Virus record (IMG/VR): IMGVR_UViG_3300024996_000123
Span: 1 to 28,727 of that record
Length of the DNA stretch: 28,727 nt
Direction: 5' to 3' (one strand)
Source of the DNA: a virus
Taxonomy: Duplodnaviria > Caudoviricetes
Part shown: piece after piece, positions 1 to 6,957 of the stretch
Layout: every line of letters begins with the position of its first letter
Numbering within the stretch: position 1 is the first letter of the stretch
Program-made: the position numbers and the translations under genes
The notes under the pieces: model-generated
What the model saw: only the letters and a program-made list of their open reading frames with translations
Told to the model about the DNA's origin: nothing
Databases searched by the model: none

Positions 1-1863
1 TTAGGCTTGCGCCTCCGAAATCGAAGAGCGCGCACACTCCGGGACATCCTCCGTTTTCAAACGCCAGTTGCGTCCATGCACGGGTTGGCCGTCCGGCCCG
101 GTCCTGGAGGGAGCGGAGAGCGTCCCCTTGCGGGTCATCTCGACCAGCAGCCGGGTGAGGTCCTCCGCCGACTTGTGGCCCGAGAAGCAGCGGCGGTTGA
201 TCTGGGTGCGGGTCAGCCCCCCTGGGTGACGCTTCAACTCCTTGACCACGGCGCGGGATTCCGGGTCGCCGTCGGCGTCGCCGAAGATCCAGGCCGTCGA
301 CTGAACGCAGTAGTTCCAGAACGCCAACGCCGCGTTCAGATGGACGTCCTGGATCGTCGAGCAACGGTCCAGGACCGCGTGGACCGCCGCCAGCCTCATC
401 ACCTGGGCCTCGGCCCGCGACGTCAGGTCGCCCACCAGGTCGCCGCGCTCGGCCGACAGCCGGGGGTACGCGGCCTCCCACAGTTCGTCGGCCCGGCGGT
501 CGCGACGCAGCGGCCGGCGCGGGTCCGCGAAATGTTCGAGGTGGTCCAACGACGCCTGGAGTCGAAGGACGAACGGGAGCAGGTCCGCGTCTTCGATCGA
601 GCCCCCGTGGGGGAGCATCTTCGACCGCCGCGAGCACACCCAGAGGAAGCGGTTGGCGAAGCCGTTGGCCTGCTCCGTGGACGACAGGAGCTTCCGAAGC
701 TCCTTGGACGTGATGTGGCCGATGATCGAGATGTGGGGATCGGTCGCGTGGAGCAGGGTGTTTTTGTTGTTGATCCGCAGATAGTCGCCGTCCCAACTCT
801 TGCGGATCACCGACGAAGTATTGTAGCCGTCGCGACTCATCGTCGAGAGCAAGCCTCCGAACTCGCTTTCCACGAAGAGCGCCCGCTTGTCGTCCACGCC
901 GGGGTCGATCTCCTTCTCCTCGACGCTCCCGTCGTCGGATCGGACCATCCTCATGATCGGGTCGCGGACGGAGTTGATGAGGCCCTCCCCGGTGGAAAGA
1001 CCGCTCAGGTGCCGCTCGCGGCACCACGTCTCGTCGACGGCGAAGAAGACTCGGCGGACGTGGTTCCAGCTCGTCCCCTTGCGGGCCCTGGACGACTCGC
1101 CCACCAGGCACATGAACAGGTTCGTGCCGTGGCGGGTGGACTCGTAGAACCAGTGCGGCTTGCGGCCGAACAGGTTGCCGGCGCACACCAGGACCTGACC
1201 GAGGATCGCCATCGGATCGGCCTCGGTGTGGGGCTCGATCGCCCTCACCAGGCCGCCGGCGACCCCATACCAGACCGCGGGGTCCGGCGCGTCGGGCCAT
1301 GGGACCAGCCGGCCGTCCAGGTCGTCGTCCTCGTCCGGCGTCGATTCCGCCTCGATCCGATGCACCGAGCCCGCGAATCGGTCCAGCAGTTCGGTCGGCG
1401 TGAAGAGTTGGGATCGGACGTCCTCGACGTGACGGGCCGCCGCTTGCTGCATCTCGCGGATCAAGGCCTTTTGCTTGACGATCTCGGCGTGGAACGTCGC
1501 GTTGGCCCACGTCCCGACGGTCGCCGTGACTTCCTCCAGATAGTCGTCGCCGCCGATCCGCTCGAAGACGCCGGTTCGATCCAGCTCATCGGCCAGCATC
1601 ACGGCGTCGATCGGCTTGCCGGCGTCCGCGAGGTCGCGAATCGCCCGAAAGATCACCTGGTGCGCGTCGCGAAAGAAGTGGTCCGGCTCCAGGATCGACA
1701 GGACCAGGCGTCGAGTCTCGTCGTCGCACTCTTGTAATAGCATCGCTCCCAGGACGTGCCTTTCGGCGTCCAGGTTCGCGATCCGCCGGATCCCGGCGTC
1801 GTCCTCGTCGCGCCGATCGTAGTCCCGAACGCGCAGGGCGCCATCGTAAGGCAGGGAGGACAT
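1..1863 (-). CDS. Replication protein: DnaB N-terminal domain fused to DUF3987/YfjI-like P-loop domain with probable C-terminal winged helix
   Basis: N-terminus NLDAERHVLGAMLL...LEPDHFFRDAHQVIFRAI...GKPIDAVMLADEL...IGGDDYL is typical DnaB_N; downstream LVGESSRARKGTS, LSTGEGLI, ESEFGGLL, SIIGHIT, NGFANRFLW match DUF3987-type proteins. Confidence 0.85.
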   Translation of the reverse strand: MSSLPYDGALRVRDYDRRDEDDAGIRRIANLDAERHVLGAMLLQECDDETRRLVLSILEPDHFFRDAHQVIFRAIRDLADAGKPIDAVMLADELDRTGVFERIGGDDYLEEVTATVGTWANATFHAEIVKQKALIREMQQAAARHVEDVRSQLFTPTELLDRFAGSVHRIEAESTPDEDDDLDGRLVPWPDAPDPAVWYGVAGGLVRAIEPHTEADPMAILGQVLVCAGNLFGRKPHWFYESTRHGTNLFMCLVGESSRARKGTSWNHVRRVFFAVDETWCRERHLSGLSTGEGLINSVRDPIMRMVRSDDGSVEEKEIDPGVDDKRALFVESEFGGLLSTMSRDGYNTSSVIRKSWDGDYLRINNKNTLLHATDPHISIIGHITSKELRKLLSSTEQANGFANRFLWVCSRRSKMLPHGGSIEDADLLPFVLRLQASLDHLEHFADPRRPLRRDRRADELWEAAYPRLSAERGDLVGDLTSRAEAQVMRLAAVHAVLDRCSTIQDVHLNAALAFWNYCVQSTAWIFGDADGDPESRAVVKELKRHPGGLTRTQINRRCFSGHKSAEDLTRLLVEMTRKGTLSAPSRTGPDGQPVHGRNWRLKTEDVPECARSSISEAQA

Positions 1864-2174
1864 CAGCGGCCCTCCTTTCCGTCGGGGCCGAGCGACGCCC
1901 CCGAGGACAGCGCCAGGGGCCGGTAGCGGATCACCCGCGGGCTGAACAGCGGGTCGACGGCGGCGGGCTCGACGATCACCGCCAGCAACCCCCGCCGCTC
2001 CATGTCGAGGAGCGCCTGATCGACGACGGCCTGGTCGAGGTCGTGAAGCTGGTAGCGGACCTCGACGGCCGTCGGGAAGCGCTTGCGGGAGAGGACGGCC
2101 ACGGCCGTCAACACCAGGCCCTCGACCCGGCGATCGACGACCCGGTCCACCCGGGTGGTTCGTCGGTCAGCCAC
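1863..2174 (-). CDS. Hypothetical protein (103 aa), possible winged-helix DNA-binding protein
   Basis: GTG at 2174 preceded by GGAGGAGG; TGATG overlap with the replication gene; AVEVRYQLHDLDQAVVDQALLDMERRGLL resembles a wHTH. Confidence 0.6.
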   Translation of the reverse strand: MADRRTTRVDRVVDRRVEGLVLTAVAVLSRKRFPTAVEVRYQLHDLDQAVVDQALLDMERRGLLAVIVEPAAVDPLFSPRVIRYRPLALSSGASLGPDGKEGR

Positions 2175-2385
2175 GGGCCACCTCCTCCGGGCCCAGAACC
2201 CAGACGTAGGCGTCGGACTCGTCCGGCCGTGTGTACCAGGCGTTCCGGTCGGGGTCGACGGGCGTCGCCATCGAGGAGGGAGTCGGGTCCGTGGCGCTTT
2301 TCTCGGAAGGCGCGACAGGAGCGGACGCGCGGCGCGACCGCCCGGCGTCGGGGGATTTCCCGCCGCGAGGGTTCTGTCGAGGCAT
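2167..2385 (-). CDS. Hypothetical protein (start uncertain, 2385 or 2271)
   Basis: Stop overlaps the start of the next gene by 8 nt; protein-like C-terminus NAWYTRPDESDAYVWVLG. Confidence 0.4.
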   Translation of the reverse strand: MPRQNPRGGKSPDAGRSRRASAPVAPSEKSATDPTPSSMATPVDPDRNAWYTRPDESDAYVWVLGPEEVARG

Positions 2386-2499
2386 CGAAGTACTCGTTTC
2401 CTGGGATCGTCCGCCGGCCCGAGCTCGGCCAAGAGTGGGCGGCGGTCGATCTTGCTTCGGTCGGATGAGGTCCGGGCGACGTTCGGCCGGACATCCTAG

Positions 2500-2528
2500 A
2501 GCCTACAGTTCGCCTATGTTGGCGGCAA
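2500..2528 (-). promoter_or_regulatory. Candidate sigma70 promoter for the replication operon
   Basis: Minus strand TTGCCG-17 nt-TAGGCT in an intergenic, less GC-rich stretch. Confidence 0.45.
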
Positions 2529-2545
2529 CGGATGCACGGTGGGGA

Positions 2546-3091
2546 TCACTCCCGATCGCGCGGGGTTTGCGGGGCCGCGGGCTGGGGCCGCGGCGGGGGG
2601 TCGGGGTCGTCCAGGGCCCGGGGGTCGACGCCCAGGGCGGCGGCGATCCGGTCGCGGACTTCGGGCGCCAGGTCGATCCGGCCGGTCTCGTAGCCGCGGA
2701 CGCGGCCCCGGGTCAGGTCGATCGCCTTGCCGAGTTCGGCGCGGTTCATCCCCGCCGCCTCCCGGGCCTTGCGGATCGCCTCGCCGATCCGCCGCTTGAC
2801 CGCCCCCGGCCGCTCGTCCTTGGGGGGGCGGCGGTCGGGGAGGTCGACGAGGCGGTACGACGGCGGGTCCAGGTACTCCAGCATCACGCTTCGGACGTTC
2901 TCCACGTCCTCGGGTGACCGCCCGCCGTTGAGGCACGTCACCAGCTCCGCGAAGTCCGATCGGGTGGCGTCGTCCATCGCCAGCAGCCGATCCATCAACA
3001 CCGCCAGCGCCATCGACGTCAGCGTGACGCGGGGGCCGGAGGTCGTCGGGGCCCGGACGGCCGCGGCCTCCGGGATCGTCGCGACGGTCAT
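2546..3091 (-). CDS. XRE/HTH_3 regulator, probable HigA-like antitoxin (181 aa)
   Basis: IGEAIRKAREAAGMNRAELGKAIDLTRGRVRGYETGR HTH; ATGA overlap with the upstream RelE-like gene; GGAAGGGAGG RBS. Confidence 0.8.
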   Translation of the reverse strand: MTVATIPEAAAVRAPTTSGPRVTLTSMALAVLMDRLLAMDDATRSDFAELVTCLNGGRSPEDVENVRSVMLEYLDPPSYRLVDLPDRRPPKDERPGAVKRRIGEAIRKAREAAGMNRAELGKAIDLTRGRVRGYETGRIDLAPEVRDRIAAALGVDPRALDDPDPPPRPQPAAPQTPRDRE

Positions 3092-3552
3092 GATCGTTCC
3101 TCCCTTCCGTCTCGCGTCGATCGTTCCGACGCGGGTAGTTTCCAGTAGCCGGCCCGCCGCTTGCGGACCCTCAGTTTGTCCTCCATGGGGGTCGCCCCGT
3201 CGTTTTGCTTGTGGATGGCCGAGAGAACGACGAGGTTCCGGTCGGTCTTGTCGACGAGGAAGAAGACCCGGACGTTGAGCCGGCCCAACTCCCCGCCCTT
3301 GTCCCTCACCTCGAAGAAGTCCTCCACGGGGCGGACGTCCACCCGACCGCCCCGAGACGGCTCCTCCATCCCGGCGAGGCTCCGGAACTTCGCCGCCAGC
3401 CTTCGATATTGACGCTCCCCCAGGAACGCCGCGGCCTCCTGACGCGCGACGTTCATCACCAGCACGTTCCACAGGTATCCCGGCCGTTCGCCGCCGCCGA
3501 TCCGGAGGACCGTCTTGACGGTCTTGGGGGATTTGGCCGGTTCGTCGGTCAC
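3088..3552 (-). CDS. RelE/ParE superfamily (HigB/Gp49-like) toxin (154 aa)
   Basis: VRPVEDFFEVRDKGGELGRLNVRVFFLVDKTDRNLVVLSAIHKQ...TP fits the RelE/Gp49 pattern (ELR..RVFF..IVVL..F.K..TP); toxin-before-XRE order; GTGA overlap with the upstream gene. Confidence 0.75.
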   Translation of the reverse strand: MTDEPAKSPKTVKTVLRIGGGERPGYLWNVLVMNVARQEAAAFLGERQYRRLAAKFRSLAGMEEPSRGGRVDVRPVEDFFEVRDKGGELGRLNVRVFFLVDKTDRNLVVLSAIHKQNDGATPMEDKLRVRKRRAGYWKLPASERSTRDGREERS

Positions 3553-3794
3553 GACTTTCCGCCTCCACGCTTCGACGGCGTCCGGGCCTTCGCGGATTTC
3601 AGTCTCCCAGCCGTTTCCAGGACGGCGTAGCGGAGCGCCGCGGAGTCGCTTTCGATCCCCGGAACTTCCGACTGGATGGCTTTCAGGCCCTCCAGGGTGG
3701 CGACCGTCACGGTGAACAGTTTTCGCCCCATCCGGTCGATCCCGTCCGGCGTGACCGAAGGCCCCCCCTTCCCTTTCCCGCTCTTCACCGTCAT
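3549..3794 (-). CDS. Small basic protein, ribbon-helix-helix-like regulator (81 aa)
   Basis: AAGGGGG RBS; RKLFTVT (strand)-VATLEGLKAIQ (helix)-SDSAALRYAV (helix) resembles RHH; first gene after a strong promoter. Confidence 0.6.
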   Translation of the reverse strand: MTVKSGKGKGGPSVTPDGIDRMGRKLFTVTVATLEGLKAIQSEVPGIESDSAALRYAVLETAGRLKSAKARTPSKRGGGKS

Positions 3795-3820
3795 CGAGAC
3801 ACCCCCTTTCGACGACGGCG

Positions 3821-3849
3821 AGTATAGCGCGACGGTATATACCAATCAA
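3821..3849 (-). promoter_or_regulatory. sigma70 promoter with a palindromic operator in its spacer
   Basis: TTGATT-17 nt-TATACT on the minus strand; perfect palindrome GGTATATACC at 3834-3843. Confidence 0.75.
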
Positions 3850-3995
3850 CCCCGCGTCCCCGAAACGCCCCGCGAACGATCCGGATCGGCCCCGAGTCGC
3901 CGCGGCGTCGGATCCGAGTGAAGACGCGCGCGCCCTCGCGCCGATGGCTTGGGTGCGGGGAGTCGCGGGTATCGCGAGGCGAAGGGAGGCGGAAG

Positions 3996-4277
3996 GTGGC
4001 TCAGGACGAAATCGACGTGATGCTCAAGGCGTACAAGGCGAGACGTGTCGAGGACGACGCGCCGCCGCGGATGAAATGCGCCTTCCTTCTCGAATCGCTG
4101 TTGGAATCGAAGCTCGACATGCTCCGGAAGGAGTTGCGGGTTACTCGATCGGAGCTGGTCAACGCCTTGATCTGGAACGCCACCCGGCACATCACGATCT
4201 CGTACCGGGGTCGCAAGCGCGACTCCGCGACTTGCGACGACGGCCACGAGTCGCCTTCGACGTTGACGGCGGCGTAG
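3996..4277 (+). CDS. RHH/CopG-like DNA-binding protein (93 aa), divergent from the TA operon
   Basis: GTG 3996 with GGGAGG RBS; MKCAFLL-ESLLESKLDMLRKELRVTRSELVNALI is an RHH pattern. Confidence 0.6.
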   Translation: MAQDEIDVMLKAYKARRVEDDAPPRMKCAFLLESLLESKLDMLRKELRVTRSELVNALIWNATRHITISYRGRKRDSATCDDGHESPSTLTAA

Positions 4278-4479
4278 ACCTTGACGTCTAAAGTTTGTCG
4301 ATCCGTCAAACCTTGCCACCGGCGCCCCTCCCCTGTTCGACGGGGCAGGGGGGAGGCGCGAAGACCGGGCCGCGTCGGCGTCCGTGTCGGCGCGGCCCGC
4401 GTCGCGCGCCGGAGGTCCATCCCCGGCGCCGTTGGGGCGATCCTAGCGCCCTCGTCCCGCGGCGTCCAGGGTCGGCGGT

Positions 4480-4698
4480 TCAGGCCGCGGCGATCAGTCG
4501 CCAGCCGCATCGGCGCCTGGTGGCGCCGTCGGGCGGGAAGGTGGCGCCCTTCTCGAACGGCGAGTCCTTCTCGGACGGTCCCCGCGGTCTGGCCTTCTCG
4601 GCCTTCTCGACGCTGGGGTAGCGCCGCCAGGTCCCCTCCACGGGGCAGCGGCATCCGGTGGAGCGGGCGACGACGCGGGTCTTCTTCGGCTTGGTCAT
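4480..4698 (-). CDS. YjzC-like small protein (72 aa)
   Basis: TGCRCPVEGTW...EKGATFPP...WRLI matches the YjzC-like G..P..G.W/Y...G..FP...W pattern; GGGAG RBS. Confidence 0.55.
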   Translation of the reverse strand: MTKPKKTRVVARSTGCRCPVEGTWRRYPSVEKAEKARPRGPSEKDSPFEKGATFPPDGATRRRCGWRLIAAA

Positions 4699-4763
4699 CA
4701 GGTTCTTCTCCCAAGGAAATCCGATCGGGAGAGCGTCCGAAGTGGACGACCGGCGGCCGAGGT

Positions 4764-4783
4764 GGCGTATACTTGGATACGCC
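4764..4783. promoter_or_regulatory. Operator-like inverted repeat upstream of the YjzC-like gene
   Basis: GGCGTAT-acttgg-ATACGCC. Confidence 0.4.
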
Positions 4784-4869
4784 GCGACGGTCTCCCGTTG
4801 CCGGTTGGGGCCGTTCCGAGGGGTCCTTCTCACGGGTTGCCCCTCGGAACGGCTTGTTTCTTCGGCCGC

Positions 4870-5271
4870 CTACGCCGATTCGACGGCCGTTCGGATCGTC
4901 TCCAGGGCCGCCGGCGAGAGCCATTGGAGCCGGCGGCGGAACCTCACGAGGAGTTCGATCCGCTCGCGATCCAGGCCGTCGAGGTCGGTTTCGAGGCGGC
5001 GGTAGGTCTCGGCGGCGAGCGTCGCCAGCCGGTCCCGCCGCTCGGGAGGCGCGAGGACTTCCACCAGGGCGTCGACCGTCCGCCCGCTGGGGGCGTACAG
5101 GTCGCGCTCGGTTTGGCTCAGCGTGGCGCGAGACACGCCGGTCGCCTCGGCCAGGCCGTCGAGGGACAGGCCGCGCTCGCGGCGAAGCCTGTGGACTTCC
5201 TCGCCGAACATGATCCCGTGTCCGTCCGGCCGCTCGGCCGGCTTCGTGGGCTTTCTTCCCGCCGTCGCCAT
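4870..5271 (-). CDS. XRE family HTH transcriptional regulator (133 aa), candidate repressor
   Basis: FGEEVHRLRRERGLSLDGLAEATGVSRATLSQTERD; GGGGAGG RBS. Confidence 0.85.
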   Translation of the reverse strand: MATAGRKPTKPAERPDGHGIMFGEEVHRLRRERGLSLDGLAEATGVSRATLSQTERDLYAPSGRTVDALVEVLAPPERRDRLATLAAETYRRLETDLDGLDRERIELLVRFRRRLQWLSPAALETIRTAVESA

Positions 5272-5359
5272 GACTCGCCTCCCCGTCAACGCTCGCCTCT
5301 TCCGAAAGGATGGTCCGGAAGAGACGTGTCGAGGTTTCAGCGAATTGACGGACGTTACG

Positions 5360-5396
5360 AAAAAAAGCCGCCGCCCCTCGGCCGAGGGACGGCGGC
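5360..5396 (-). terminator. Rho-independent terminator
   Basis: Minus strand GCCGCCGTCCCTC-GGCC-GAGGGGCGGCGGC followed by T7. Confidence 0.85.
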
Positions 5397-5535
5397 GAAG
5401 TTCCCGACTTCGACCCGAGTTCGCGTCTGCGGGTCGAACGCCGCGGCGCTACCCCGCGAAGGGTACGCGGACCTTGACGAGACGAATCCTGACTGACCGG
5501 CCGACGGTTTTGGGACCGCGGCTGAATCGAGAACG
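5360..5535 (-). ncRNA. Candidate ~175-nt structured small RNA or attenuated leader
   Basis: Own promoter (5541-5568) and terminator (5360-5396), internal hairpins, no credible ORF. Confidence 0.45.
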
Positions 5536-5540
5536 CGCGG

Positions 5541-5568
5541 ATCATATCGCGATCCGGGAGCGCGTCAA
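5541..5568 (-). promoter_or_regulatory. sigma70-like promoter
   Basis: TTGACG-16 nt-TATGAT on the minus strand, immediately after the late-operon terminator. Confidence 0.65.
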
Positions 5569-5573
5569 GCTCG

Positions 5574-5613
5574 AAAAAAAGACGCCGACGCCCCGCGATC
5601 GGGCGTCGGCGTC
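5574..5613 (-). terminator. Rho-independent terminator ending the late (tail) operon
   Basis: 13-bp perfect stem GACGCCGACGCCC/GGGCGTCGGCGTC, 7-nt loop, T7 on the minus strand. Confidence 0.9.
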
Positions 5614-5767
5614 GGGTGTGGTTCGGGCGACGGCCGGCGGCGTCGGCGGTCGCGTTGGCCCTCGGATCGACCCGGCCGCGGGTGTCCCCGGCGGTCGCGC
5701 GCCGGTTCGCTCTGGCCCGAGGGTTCCGCCTTCACGTCCGGATTCTCGCATGCGACGGATGCGATCG

Positions 5768-6169
5768 TCAATGCTTGCCCGGATCGCCCCATTTGCCTTG
5801 CGGGCACGTCGCCGTCGCCAGCCACGGTTTGACCGACCCGAAGCATCCGCAAGCCCGGCAGCGTCTGGCCTCGGCGTCGAAGTGCGGACAGCCCTGGCAG
5901 ATCGCCCGCCGCCGCATCCGCTCGGCCGCCGGCGTGATCGGCAAGCCGGCCCGGAGCCAATCCCGCAGCGACCCGGCGAGGTTCGTGGCCTGGGTCGCCA
6001 GCGGGGGATATTCCGCCGGCGAGTGGTCCGGATCGGGCAGGATCCGAACGTAGGTCGGATCATGGTCCGGGCGGGTGGGGTCGATCAGTTGGCAGAGCCG
6101 CGGGTTCGACTCGCCGCGGCATCGGCCTTCGGACAGCGGGCAGGATTGGCAACGCACGGCGGGTCTCAT
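5768..6169 (-). CDS. Cys-rich hypothetical protein (133 aa), DUF6171-like C-terminus
   Basis: RRAICQGC...CRACGC...K...CPQGKW motif; ATGA overlap with the upstream gene; last gene of the tail operon. Confidence 0.7.
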   Translation of the reverse strand: MRPAVRCQSCPLSEGRCRGESNPRLCQLIDPTRPDHDPTYVRILPDPDHSPAEYPPLATQATNLAGSLRDWLRAGLPITPAAERMRRRAICQGCPHFDAEARRCRACGCFGSVKPWLATATCPQGKWGDPGKH

Positions 6170-6579
6170 TTGGTGACGACGAACTTGGTGTACCCCAACG
6201 ACGACAACGCCGGGCAAGACGTCGGTTTGAATTCGAGCATCAGCGGGTCGCAGGATTTCGCAGTCAGCGACAATCCAGGCGAGACGCCTGAAGTCGAACA
6301 AGGCGTGGCGAACCCCGTCGGACAGGACCCCCCGCTGTATTGGTTCAAAACGGCCCCGAGGGCCCCGTTGAAGCATGACAGGGTAAACGTGATTTGATTA
6401 AAGCAAGCCGACGTCCAAACCCCGGGGACGTAGCGCGGCAGCGGGATTGACCTAGAGCCTTGAATCGAATTCGTATATGTAAGCGTAAGGTCGGAGTCGG
6501 GGATCGGACAGTCGATGCACGGCGTGCCGTCGCCGGGACTGGGGCATCCGCAATTCGAGCAACCCGGATCGAAGAGCAT
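6166..6579 (-). CDS. Cys-rich putative tail-tip/receptor-binding protein (137 aa)
   Basis: ATG 6579 with GAGGG RBS; 11 Cys, Ser/Thr/Gly-rich, beta-type sequence; visibly lower GC than neighbours; distal tail position. Confidence 0.6.
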   Translation of the reverse strand: MLFDPGCSNCGCPSPGDGTPCIDCPIPDSDLTLTYTNSIQGSRSIPLPRYVPGVWTSACFNQITFTLSCFNGALGAVLNQYSGGSCPTGFATPCSTSGVSPGLSLTAKSCDPLMLEFKPTSCPALSSLGYTKFVVTK

Positions 6580-6589
6580 GGCGCGACCC

Positions 6590-6955
6590 TCAAGAGCATG
6601 AAGCGGAGACCAGCCACCAGGTCCCGCCGATCCAGGCGACCTTGACCACGCGGCCGACGGGGATCGGCGACGGCGTCGTGAAATCGTTGTAAACCGGGAC
6701 CTCGTCGCCATCGGCCCAGGAGCCGTCGGGTTGCAGGTCGGAGAGGCGGACCTTGCCGGTGGAACTCGGGGCGGCCCAGGTCCCGGTCGGGATCGCGGTC
6801 GTGACCCTGGCCCGGCGGACGCCGGGGTTCCAAAGGGACGCCGGGCCGGGTCCGGCGGGGGACGCGGCCGAGCCCTCCACGGCCCGCACCGCGCGTTGGA
6901 TCCGCTTGACGCTCCCGCGGGAGAGCAGGACGCCTTGGTCGTCGGGGGTCGGCAT
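6590..6955 (-). CDS. Minor tail protein (121 aa)
   Basis: Real gene is the 3' end of the spurious 1377-aa ORF; ATG 2 nt after the upstream stop; beta-rich, ends WWLVSASCS. Confidence 0.7.
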   Translation of the reverse strand: MPTPDDQGVLLSRGSVKRIQRAVRAVEGSAASPAGPGPASLWNPGVRRARVTTAIPTGTWAAPSSTGKVRLSDLQPDGSWADGDEVPVYNDFTTPSPIPVGRVVKVAWIGGTWWLVSASCS

Positions 6956-6957
6956 GG

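Noticed and set aside
7-1737. Long plus-strand ORFs antisense to phage genes (also 11532-13904, 14226-16097, 18285-19790, 25748-27283)
   Set aside because: Antisense mirrors of well-supported minus-strand genes, with no motifs or RBS
2108-2494. Leaderless 128-aa ORF starting at the predicted +1 of the 2500-2528 promoter
   Set aside because: ATG position is suggestive, but the product is Arg/Pro/Ser-rich, lacks motifs and overlaps two better-coupled ORFs
5503-5522. GCGGTCCCAAAACCGT (minus strand) resembling a tRNA-Trp anticodon arm
   Set aside because: Loop is 6 nt and no D-arm, T-arm or acceptor stem can be built around it
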